Assembly: GCA_038496445.1 (NCBI GenBank)
Contig: JALMLS010000048.1
Span: 38,769-102,768, forward strand
Direction: 5' to 3'
Origin: Trichosphaerium sp. ATCC 40318
Taxonomy: Eukaryota > Protista > Tubulinea
DNA: 64,000 nt
Positions 47,405-57,300 of the stretch are shown in pieces; the first letter of the stretch is position 1; every line of letters starts with the position of its first letter. Position numbers and translations under genes: made by a program. The notes under the pieces were generated by a model. That model did no database searches, was not told the origin of the DNA, and saw only the letters and a program-made list of their open reading frames with translations.

Positions 47405-48415
47405 CTAGTTCATTTGCGACATTACTTTATCGATGATAGAAGATAAGTGTAGGGTATGTTCCGCTGGATAGATAGGGCTGTTGGTTATTCCTTTTTGAAG
47501 ACATTCATGGACATGTTCTGCTTCATAAATCAATCCAGAGCTATTAGGGAAATTATATGTCAAGTCACTTTTCGGTGCGCTCTCTTCAAAGATCTCGGCT
47601 TTGCGACCATCAAAGTAGTTTACAGTCATCTTTGTTGGACAAACAAACATTGGACTATCGAGTACTATACTTCCTTTAGTCCCTGTGATGACTGCTTTTG
47701 ATGGAGTGAACATATCAACTGATCCAGTCAACATTGCAGATTGATCCTCGTCATATTGGATCATCACGTTTGTAGTTTTGTCTACACCCGCTTCTGTCAC
47801 GTGCGCTTTTGAGAAAACACTCTTCGGTGTAGCGTAAGCAAAGCATTCGCATGCTATGCTTATGGCGTACATTGTAACCGCAAGGAGAGCTCCACCACCC
47901 AATTTTTTGTCCAAAAGGGCTGGGTTATTTGTATGGTCGTTTGCGAAACCCAAATCGGCTTGAACTAGTCGAACACGTCCAATATCGCCTTTTTTGATCA
48001 TATCCAGAGCTTTGCGGTAAAGTGGCCAGAAGACCATCCAGTTTGCTTCCATTATGAATCTTTGTTGCTTTTTCGCTTGTTCTACCATTTCAGACGCTTC
48101 AGCCGATGTTAGAGCGAACGTTTTTTCGCATAAAACAGCTTTTTTGTGTTTTAGCGCCAAAAGGGAGTGAGACTTATGGAAAGCGTTCGGCGTTGCCACG
48201 TATACAACTTGAACGTTGTCATCTTGTACTAGCTCCTCATACGAGCCATACGACTTTTTTACGTTGAATTTCTTAGCAAACGCTTCTGATTTGCTAGCAC
48301 TACGCGAAGCAACTGCTACAACTTCAATGTTTTCTGATTTTGATACAGCGGATATAAAGTCTGAAGCTATACGACCACAGCCAAGAACACCCCATAGAGA
48401 TTTTGTGGAGGCCAT
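47405..48415 (-). CDS. Gfo/Idh/MocA oxidoreductase (DHDH / D-xylose 1-dehydrogenase-like), intronless
   Basis: WGVLGCGRIA Rossmann motif, VVYVATPNAFH, VLCEK, FIMEA, LGGGALL. The true start is likely MASTK at 48415, because the upstream part of the ORF runs into the retroelement tail. Confidence 0.92.
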   Translation of the reverse strand: MASTKSLWGVLGCGRIASDFISAVSKSENIEVVAVASRSASKSEAFAKKFNVKKSYGSYEELVQDDNVQVVYVATPNAFHKSHSLLALKHKKAVLCEKTFALTSAEASEMVEQAKKQQRFIMEANWMVFWPLYRKALDMIKKGDIGRVRLVQADLGFANDHTNNPALLDKKLGGGALLAVTMYAISIACECFAYATPKSVFSKAHVTEAGVDKTTNVMIQYDEDQSAMLTGSVDMFTPSKAVITGTKGSIVLDSPMFVCPTKMTVNYFDGRKAEIFEESAPKSDLTYNFPNSSGLIYEAEHVHECLQKGITNSPIYPAEHTLHLSSIIDKVMSQMN

Positions 48416-48491
48416 GTTTTCTTCGTTTATTGCCTTAACAAGCGTAAAGGCTTTAAAAAAAAAAAAAAAAAAAGTCAATAACGATCTTTAT

Positions 48492-48548
48492 ACAGCCAAC
48501 CCACCTCTAGCCTCCAAAGGGCTACGCCGAAGCGTTTGGGTTGGCTGT
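48492..48548 (-). other. Three-way-junction RNA structure in the retroelement 3' UTR
   Basis: Perfect 12-bp stem ACAGCCAACCCA/TGGGTTGGCTGT enclosing ACGC-TTCG-GCGT (cUUCGg tetraloop on the sense strand) and TAGCC...GGCTA hairpins. Confidence 0.8.
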
Positions 48549-48559
48549 TATAACAAATG

Positions 48560-51500
48560 CTATGTGATTACCGTATTAGTATTAGTTGTGTTGGGAAAAA
48601 GAGGTATTGCATTTGTGATTGGTAGGAATTGACGCATGCGTATGACTTTGGCTTGCCATCTTACGTAGTGCATCGGTACGTGTTGACCTTTTGATTTTTT
48701 TAAGGTGTGGGTTTCTAGGCATCTAGTACGGTATTTATTATATAGATAAGTGATGTACATGTGGTTCAGTCGTTTAGCTAGGGCGTTGATTAAATTAGTT
48801 TTGTTTGTACCAGTTTTCTCTTTAAGTTCGCTTATGAATTCTTTTGTGACATATCCTTGTGAGCCTCTGAAATTTGTGGGGTTGGAATTGTTTTTGGTTA
48901 AGTACCAAGGTTTGATATTGTAATCTTTTGTTTTAATTGTAATGGAGCTACCGAGTTTCGCAAGTTCTATTTGGTCGTATGTTGGATTAGTTTTATTCTT
49001 GGTTGGCCACTTAGATTTGCAAAATAAGTTGTTTCCACCTGCATGTTCGTTGTATAATGTTATAGGATCTTTTGTATCTTTATTTTTACCTAGAAATTCT
49101 TGTATTATTCTGTTTGTGTGGTATTTGATATCTATCTTAGACTTTATGTTCTCGCAAGTGCAAAAATGATTAAAATTTTCTGTACACTGAGTGTTTTTTT
49201 GTTTACATAGAGTACAATAATCATTGGGGTATTTAATTTGATTGCAAAGTTGATATGCTTGGACGTGACCTTTGGTCTTACTGCGTTTGTGTTGAAATTC
49301 ATTAAGGGGTAGTGTGTTAGTTCTTACTTTTAGGAGCCAAAGCTTGATTGGGGTTGTAAGGTGTGTGATAGGTGTGTAGGATGATAATGAAAGTATTAAG
49401 TTTTTTCTGGTCCTTCCGTGGTCTTTAGCATTGTTTTGTAAGCTTAACACGTGTTTTTCATGTTGAATGGATTTTAATTTTCTGAATAAATTTCCTTGTA
49501 TCGCCTTTGTCGGTTTTGTTATAACCCAATCTTCACTTCCTATAGGTATATTCTTCGACAGAATTACTGCAGTTTTTGATATACCTGCCATTCTATCCGC
49601 TATGTCATTTAGATGTATAAAAAGTGATGCTGTTTTTTTGGAGTACTTTTCTTCAATCTGTTTTATTCTTTGCGCAATGTTGTGTCTGTTACGTTTCTGT
49701 TTATCTGTTTTTGTATGGCTTGGGATCCACTCAAATGTAGTTGAACCAGTTCTCATACTTAGCTGATGGTGAATACGATTTAGTGTATGAGCATGATCAA
49801 CTTTCCTTTGTATATTTATAGGTTTGTCTTTCCAGTTTTCGATGCCATTAATTGCTGATGTGGAGTCTACTAGTATCATGATGTCTACTTCTAAGGGAGC
49901 TAATTTGAGTGCAAGTTCTATTGCTTCCAGTTCTGCATTTGTAGATGTTTGTTCAAATAAAACTGTACGATTAAATTTCATCATCATGTTAAGTACAACT
50001 GAGAAATATGCACCTTTAGATGTTACTGAACCGTCGGTAGCCAAAACATATTTTGATTGTACTTTGTTACAGTTTGATTCAAAAGTCTGCTTATCCATTC
50101 TGTTAATTGTGTGTTCTGTTCTATGAATTGAACGATCAGATTTATGTATGATTTTTATTCCTAGCTGTTTACAAATTTGTGTGGCTTGGCATATCATATG
50201 ATTTGGGTGGAATTTTTGATGGGCTAAGCGTATGCTTGCATTTGTGATTTGTTTAGCTAAGTTGTTTGTACTATTCATGCCGTTAGAGATCAAATTGCTG
50301 ATAAAACCTGCATTTTGTAAGTCAACTAATGGTTCCAGGCCGAGACCGGTATGTTTCAAAAAGATTCTCTCTGGTTTAAGTTTCCAAGGTATTTTTGCAT
50401 CTGATCTTAGAAGGTCTGCAGCGTTATTATCACATTTTTTTAGGACTGATGGGTTAATGAACATTGCGTTAGTTACGAATGATATACCTGGGTTAATAAC
50501 ACGGTTGATTATTGTAGTTTTTTGAGTTGCGTTGAAACCTTTGAAACGGATCAAAGATAGACCATTGGCATGTCTTCTTTTAATTTCTGTTGTTTGATCT
50601 GTATTATCTAGTCTTAGGTTAATTAAAATCCCTAAGTCTTTATATGACTCCTCTGGTTTTAGGAATGATATATGTTTATTGTTTGCTTTGGGAGGGGGAA
50701 AGAGAGCTGACGGGTCAGATCTACACACATAGGAAAATGCAGATTTTTTCTCATTAATTTTCATACCGTAAAATCTACACCATTCTTGGAGTTTATTGAA
50801 CATCTTTATCAAGTCTTTGTATGAGTTTGCTATTAACTTTATATCATCTGCATATGCTATGATGGGTATCTTTATGTTAGTATTGGGTATGTGATAACCG
50901 CAATTCATAGACTCAATCTCTTTTATTAATACATTTGCAAACAGTGTGAAAAGTAAAGGGCTAAGACCATCTCCTTGTTTGACTCCTTTCTGGATGTTGA
51001 TTGGTTTCTTTCCCATTGGTAATAATATGTCAGCTTTGATTTCTTTAAATAGACTTAGGATTATTTGTCTAATTTCGTTGTCAAAACCTTGATGTTTTAA
51101 TGCGTGATCAAGTGCCCAGTATTCTACTGAATCATAGGCTTTTGAAAAATCAATGTAGATAATAAAGATGTCTTTGTTGTTAGCTTCAGCATTTTCAATG
51201 ATATTTCTGTAAGTTCTTTGTGCCATGTTGATGTTACGTCCTTGGTAAAACCCATATTGAGACTCGCTCATTATCTTGTTATTTTCTACAAACGTTGCCA
51301 ACCTGTTATTTAGAATTTGAGAATAAATTTTATACATAGAATTTAGCAAAGCTATTGGACGGTAATTTGTGGGATCGTGTTGGTTACCTTTTTTCTTGAG
51401 AAATATTAAGTTACTCGACTTCCATATTTCTGGTATTGTTTTGTATATTCTGCAGTCATTGAACATTGTAATAAGCATATCTTCTATTTCTGACGGTAGG

Positions 51501-51877
51501 TTTTTGTATATCTCCATTCCTAAGTTGGTATTCCCTGGTGCTTTGAAGGCTTTGAGCTTATGGATTGCGTTTAGCATTTCTGTTTTTGTTATTGATTTAT
51601 GAAATATCTCATTATCAAATTTCTTATTATTTAGCTTGAACGATTTAGGAATAAGCTGTACTGGTATCTTCTGTTGATATTTATTTGGCTTGCAACTAGG
51701 GTGAGGGTACTTACTGGAAAAGATTGCAGCCCACTTCTTAGCGAAAACTTCTAGGATGGAATTTTGATTGAAGAAAAGAGTTTTGATTCCATTGAGGTTG
51801 TCCTCAATATAACGAACGAATTCTGATGATTTTCCTTTGTTTAATTCATATCTTTTTATATCTCTGATCTTTTTAAA
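48560..51877 (-). CDS. Non-LTR ORF2-like polyprotein fragment: reverse transcriptase, RNase H, zinc knuckle
   Basis: RT motifs NYRPIALL, QYGF, IDFSKAYDSV, GVKQGDGLSPLLF, AYADD. RNase H motifs ATDGS, AELEAI, VDSTSA, WIPSH, NDIADRMA. CTLC...ENFNHFCTC knuckle. First Met at 51577, but the frame is open upstream of it. Confidence 0.92.
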   Translation of the reverse strand, partial: FKKIRDIKRYELNKGKSSEFVRYIEDNLNGIKTLFFNQNSILEVFAKKWAAIFSSKYPHPSCKPNKYQQKIPVQLIPKSFKLNNKKFDNEIFHKSITKTEMLNAIHKLKAFKAPGNTNLGMEIYKNLPSEIEDMLITMFNDCRIYKTIPEIWKSSNLIFLKKKGNQHDPTNYRPIALLNSMYKIYSQILNNRLATFVENNKIMSESQYGFYQGRNINMAQRTYRNIIENAEANNKDIFIIYIDFSKAYDSVEYWALDHALKHQGFDNEIRQIILSLFKEIKADILLPMGKKPINIQKGVKQGDGLSPLLFTLFANVLIKEIESMNCGYHIPNTNIKIPIIAYADDIKLIANSYKDLIKMFNKLQEWCRFYGMKINEKKSAFSYVCRSDPSALFPPPKANNKHISFLKPEESYKDLGILINLRLDNTDQTTEIKRRHANGLSLIRFKGFNATQKTTIINRVINPGISFVTNAMFINPSVLKKCDNNAADLLRSDAKIPWKLKPERIFLKHTGLGLEPLVDLQNAGFISNLISNGMNSTNNLAKQITNASIRLAHQKFHPNHMICQATQICKQLGIKIIHKSDRSIHRTEHTINRMDKQTFESNCNKVQSKYVLATDGSVTSKGAYFSVVLNMMMKFNRTVLFEQTSTNAELEAIELALKLAPLEVDIMILVDSTSAINGIENWKDKPINIQRKVDHAHTLNRIHHQLSMRTGSTTFEWIPSHTKTDKQKRNRHNIAQRIKQIEEKYSKKTASLFIHLNDIADRMAGISKTAVILSKNIPIGSEDWVITKPTKAIQGNLFRKLKSIQHEKHVLSLQNNAKDHGRTRKNLILSLSSYTPITHLTTPIKLWLLKVRTNTLPLNEFQHKRSKTKGHVQAYQLCNQIKYPNDYCTLCKQKNTQCTENFNHFCTCENIKSKIDIKYHTNRIIQEFLGKNKDTKDPITLYNEHAGGNNLFCKSKWPTKNKTNPTYDQIELAKLGSSITIKTKDYNIKPWYLTKNNSNPTNFRGSQGYVTKEFISELKEKTGTNKTNLINALAKRLNHMYITYLYNKYRTRCLETHTLKKSKGQHVPMHYVRWQAKVIRMRQFLPITNAIPLFPNTTNTNTVIT

Positions 51878-52201
51878 TGCGTAAAGGCTTTTTGTACTGG
51901 CGAATTCGTACGAACTATTCCAAGTCTGTAAGAAACGATCAAGCTTCCCAATTCATACACAGTAGTTCAAAGTGCTATGTCATAGTGTGGTGCATCTAAT
52001 GACTAGTCTGTAGCGCATTTGTTAGAAAAAAAAAACTGATATTTTTGAGAAAGGCTTCAAACAATGCTTGTATGCTATTTATGCTTCTCTTTTGTCTGTT
52101 CACCTTGGTTCTGTTAAGTCAGGTTAAAGTTGTGTGAAAATGTCGTAGAACTTTTTTTTATGAACAATTGACAAGCTAAGCGACTGTACATACGCTCAGA
52201 A

Positions 52202-55200
52202 ATGCTGTTAAAGTTACTTTTAACATATTTTATTCTAATTTCAATTGTCTCTGGTTTAAACCTCCCCCAGAACGTAAGAAATGACCTTAAAGTACCAGAG
52301 GAAGCGCAAAAGGTGCGTGTATTAAATATGTGTTCTACTTAGCGTCACTAAACGCTAAAATGCGCCTCAGGTCGGTATATTTGGTATGGCCGCTCATTTA
52401 GATTATAATTGGCTCCTTTACTTTGAAACGCTCCTCACAGGACATGATCCGGATCCTCCCTTCCATTACTTCCAAACTGGTAAGTACCTTCAGTCATACT
52501 TGCAGTACTAGCGTTCTTTTTCAAAAAAAATACATGTCACGAAAGGAGAAAAAAAACTGTCACGTGATTTCGTTTTGGAAGTAAATGACGGTTTTTTTTA
52601 GCCAATCACCCTGAGCCGTATAATAGCCCAAGACCTGTTGTTGATATTTTTGGAAAAGCAGCAACATTGATAAAAGAGCATGAAGGATATCATTATAACA
52701 TAGCTGAAATTGGATTCCTTCGCTCTTGGGCTGAGATATCTCCTGAATTACTAGAGTCTTTAAAACAATCAGGAAGGCTTCACATTGTTGGTGGAGGTAT
52801 AGTGTCACCAGGTACATAAGTTCGCTAGCCTGTTTATAGATAGAAGTCGTTGTGTTGATATTTTTTTTTGGTAGATACTCTGTTGCCTCATGGAGAAACA
52901 TTGATACGTAATTACTTGCTTGGTGAAAACTACTTGTATTCGGAAAATATACCATGGGAAAAGAATGTACACAAACAATTTCAGTGTAGTATGTGCTAAA
53001 GTTGTTTTGTTTTGACAGATTTGGTTACCAGATGATTTTGGCCTTTCTAGTCAGCTGCCTGTTGTTATGAGAGCAATGGTATTCAATTGAAACAACGTTT
53101 ATTTAATACAATACTTAGGATATCAAAGGCATGGGATTCTCTAGGGCCGGAGGATCATGTCTACAAGGTAATTATTACTAATATAAATCTGTAAAAACCT
53201 CTTTTTCTTAGGTAAAAAGACTGTTCAATCCGATGGTGTAAGTACATATGCAAGATTATTAAATACTGAAACCGGAGGAACAACCTTTTGGTGGGAATCT
53301 GCAGATGGTAATCGTCAACTAGGGATCAAAAGAGATTGTTTTCTGACGCTTTTTTTTTGGCTGAAGGTTCTAAAACATTGACTCATTTTTTACAATACCA
53401 TTACAGCCAAGGATGGAGTATTAATGCTGTACCAGGTATATTTAGTTTATTTGTGCAAATATTAATTGATATTGTAGGAGGGGCTCCAAGAGACGTCAAT
53501 GAAATGGCCACGTGTACAGAATCAGATTACATCACGTCAACCAATGACAGAATTACAAATTACTTGAATACAAATATGCCTGTTTCAGGTACATGTATTT
53601 CTTTGACTAAAAAGAAGCTTATGATATGGTCCCCACAGGAGTACCGAACGAAGTAAGCTACGTGCATACTTCTAACGACTTTTTATTGCCAAAAGATACT
53701 CTCACTGAGGTACGAACTTAAATAAATACCGACAATAAAACTACCATATTAGATAATTGCAGATTGGAACAAAGCTAATAATCTATCGTTTGTGGCTTCT
53801 GGATCTTTTGATCATTACGTTGATAGCGTTTTTGCCAACGAAAAAGCCACAGGTAACCGTAAAGACTCTCCCCAATAAAGTGTTAATTTCTGACTTGTGA
53901 ACAAATAGGAGGCACTATTAAAACTCGTAGTCAGCATGGTAAAACCCCTGATTCAGTGTTTGAGGCTACCCCTTATTGGTAAATTTATCTGTTATAAAGA
54001 ATACTTACTAATATGTATAGGATGGGGTTCTACGCTTCCCGAATGGAACTTAAGAAGTATCATTATAAAACAACTAAATTGTTGATTGCATCTGAAATGT
54101 TTGGTATAGTTGCTTGTCAACTGTTGGATTCATGTTCTTCAAATACTACTAATATGCTGTGGAATGATTTGGTACCCAGTACTCACCACGATTGTACGAG
54201 ACCACCATTTATTTCATCTTCAAATCAACAAAACTTTTGAGTTTAAACTTTGGCCATGAACATTTATTCTCCATTCTCAGGGATTACGGGAACTGCCAAT
54301 GATTACGTATACGACGGTGAACAAATAAAAGTATCGTCTAAAAACTATGAGGATGCTAGCTTACATACTGAAGCTACTCTTAACGTTTTAGTCCAAAGTA
54401 TTAATAGTTCGAATGTCATAGTAAGTCAATCGTATTAGACACGTCATTTTTAGTTTCTATATATATTCTGTTAGCTGATAACAACATTTAGGTTTTCAAC
54501 CAAAATGGTTTCAAAGTTGGAGGTGTAGTGGACATACCTACGGCTAAAGTTTCAGGTACGTGATGAAAACGTTTTTCCACTGAGTTAAAATTTATCAAGC
54601 TGATCAATTGAATGTTACACAACCTTCAGCTACTGGAGGTACGTTATATTATGTTGAAGAAGTACCAAGTATTGGATGGACGGTACATGATCCAAATAAA
54701 CAGCCGCCACAAGCAGCCGTTATAAGTACAAACGGATCACTGTATTTTCTAGAAAATAGCTTTCTGAGAGCTACTATTGACACGTATGCACAGTTGATGT
54801 GTTTGAAATATATTAACCGATGAAACGTTTATAGAGATAATGGGTTTACTATAACATCACTGATGGATAAAATAATATCACGTGAAGTATTAGATTCACA
54901 AAGTAACAACTTTGAAATGTTTGAAGATGGTACGATTTTTTTAATTTCAGAACTAAAGTGTTGTCCTTCTTAGGGGGCGGTATTTATGTCTATGGTTACG
55001 AATGTGGAGGACCATTTAACCTCCAGACTTATACATCAACAGTAAGAGACATTAAGTTACTTGAAAACGGTCCATTGAGAGTTGTATTACGAGCTGACGT
55101 ACAAAGAAACAAACAATAGTAAATATCTAAAGTTATCCCTTTAGGTTGTACAAGAAATTCCAGAGCAAGGCCCGTTGTCTAATTATAGAGTAACGTACTC

Positions 55201-56989
55201 TCTCGTTGCAGGTAATCAACAACGTTAACCTTAATTTGATTGCGCAATAGGTGAAAAAATGGTTAGAATCGAAGTTGAAGGAGGTTGTCCTCAAGGTTCT
55301 AGTACATTTGTTTCTTTTTCTTTTTCGAATAAATCAACAGAAATGGTACACATTGTTTAATTCATAACCTCCCCTAAAGTATTTCAAAGGTTCATGGAAC
55401 ACCATATCACTGGGATACAAAAACAGCTTGGGAATACAATCTGCAACAAACACATGCATTTAGAGCTGTGATGCACGCCACACATAACTTTGTTATTGTC
55501 AAAGATAGTGTTGGTAGTATATTGGGAGCAGTCTACCATGATGGTATACCTTCATGGGGCATAAATCCTCCTGATGGAAAATTATATGGGTAACAATTTC
55601 TTCTTTTTTTCGTATTAAAGAAGAAATAGGAATTTAATGAGAAACCCTTCAAGTCGCTGTGGAGAATATGTGCGTTTTAGTGAATAAAGTATTTGGTCTT
55701 ATAAGTTTTAGGGAGCTATAGGAGAGGATAACAGATTTCATGTGCTAAGATATGCTTTACGCATTCCAAGCGGACTACAAGAAGAAGGTAACAGTTTTTG
55801 GAAGCAATTTTTTCATTAAACTGGTTGCTACCTCAAGGATTCACTACTGCATTGAAAGAGTCTCTTGCTTTTAACACTCCGTTAATTGGTGTGATGCCAT
55901 CTAATATTACACCAAACCCGAAAACTCTACCACTTGAATTCAGTCTAGTAGCGGTACATAAAACAAGAAAAAGCTGTAAATGTGTAACTTGTTTTTTACA
56001 GACATCAAATCCAAACTGTATTGTTACAACCGCCAAATCTGCGAATAGGCTAAAAGGACATATCATACGATTATATCAACCAACAAATAAGCCATTGCCT
56101 ATAAATATAACACTGAATCAAATGATATGGCCTTATGCAAACGTCTCAGAAGTGACTGCTCTTGAACTACAATTTTCTGAACCAACAGAATCTATCAAAA
56201 GTACTTTTTATTGTTCCTCTCAGCGAGCTGAATGCTAACACAAATACTAGCTAATGGAATTGACCTACTTCACGCAATAACAACATTGCATATTACAGAT
56301 GTGCCACCAGAACCTACAATGACGCCCACAACACCATCTAGTACACTTTCACCTACAATACACCCTGCGGTTCCGACTTCAGCACCAACTACACTTTCAC
56401 CTACAATACAACCTTCAACTGTATCTCCTACTGCAACACCAACTACAATATCACCTACTATCTCTCCGTCTGATCCGCCAACTACGTTAACACCAAGTAC
56501 ACAGCCAACAACAGTACCTCCAACTACTATAACAACTGAACCTCCAACCACTGGGCATGTTTCTCCAATATCAGACCCACCAGTTTCTTCAAACGTCACA
56601 GGACCAACTGCTAGTCATAGTGAGCCTCATAAACTGGATATTGGGTACACGTTTTTCATATTTCGTGTAGAACCTTGTTCAATCTTTACTCACAACAAAT
56701 CAGTTTTTTTTCTTTGAAATAGATGAAACTAATCCCCCTTTTAAGGCTCGTTGTTGGTATACCCTTGGTGACAATCATATTTTTAATCTTCTTGATAATA
56801 ATTATACTATATTTATTGTAAGTACCTCTTCGATAAGACCACTTTAATCCTTCAAGTGTGATGAACTAATTTTTTTTTAGCAAACGTCACAAACGTTCAA
56901 ATGCAATTGATTACACAGCATTACATAACATGGATGATGATGATTTCTTATCAGATGCTGATATGCCTGATATTTTGTTAAACTCTTAG
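52202..56989 (+). CDS. GH38 alpha-mannosidase-like type I membrane protein with a Thr/Pro-rich stalk (multi-exon)
   Basis: Signal peptide; AHLDYNWL, GRLHIVGGGIVSPD, IWLPDDFG (nucleophile region), THHDWITGT; PTT-rich stalk; TM LVVGIPLVTIIFLIFLIIILYLF; tail KRHKRSNAIDYTALHNMDDDDFL...LLNS*. Confidence 0.85.
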
Positions 56990-57300
56990 TAAAGTAATTT
57001 TAAAAACAAGACTGTATTTGCTGTTATTTACTGGCGTTTACAAGTCCTCCTGTTCTTTCGACTACACCTACAATGGCCAATGCAATGTGGGGTAACGACA
57101 TCAGTAGTATTAACTGTGATAGGTTGTTTCATGTGTACCACGAAAAAGCAGATGTCAATTAACAGCGTAATGCCTAATCTCACCTAAAGTATAAAATGAC
57201 TTTACATAAGTAAAAAAATTGCACCTCAATTTGGTCAGTGAACTTGACACGTGTCTTCTTCAAAAGTACGAAATTTCTGTAGTATTTTACGAAACATCCA

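Larger units (their letters stand above)
48455..51878 (-). mobile_element. 5'-truncated non-LTR retrotransposon (RT + RNase H + C-terminal Cys/His knuckle) with a 13-bp TSD
   Basis: TSD GCGTAAAGGCTTT at 48442-48454 and 51879-51891. The reading frame stays open up to the 5' junction, with no endonuclease domain. A19 on the plus strand (T19 on the sense strand) at 48455-48473. Confidence 0.92.

Noticed and set aside
48416-48478. N-terminal extension MTFFFFFFKAF of the Gfo/Idh/MocA ORF as a signal peptide
   Set aside because: It starts at a non-ATG codon and is a translation of the retroelement T-tail and TSD.
48492-48548. Hammerhead or HDV-like ribozyme in the retroelement 3' UTR
   Set aside because: It is a three-way junction, but no CUGANGA/GAAA core is present on either strand and no nested pseudoknot is evident.
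48560-51877. Retron, DGR, group II intron or other prokaryotic RT system
   Set aside because: RT motifs, RNase H, Cys knuckle, TSD and 5' truncation all fit a eukaryotic non-LTR retrotransposon; no template/variable repeat pair or msr-msd was seen.
56270-56599. Antisense Val/Gly-rich ORF and similar shadow ORFs in the track
   Set aside because: They are reverse-strand shadows of low-complexity or repeat-coding exons.
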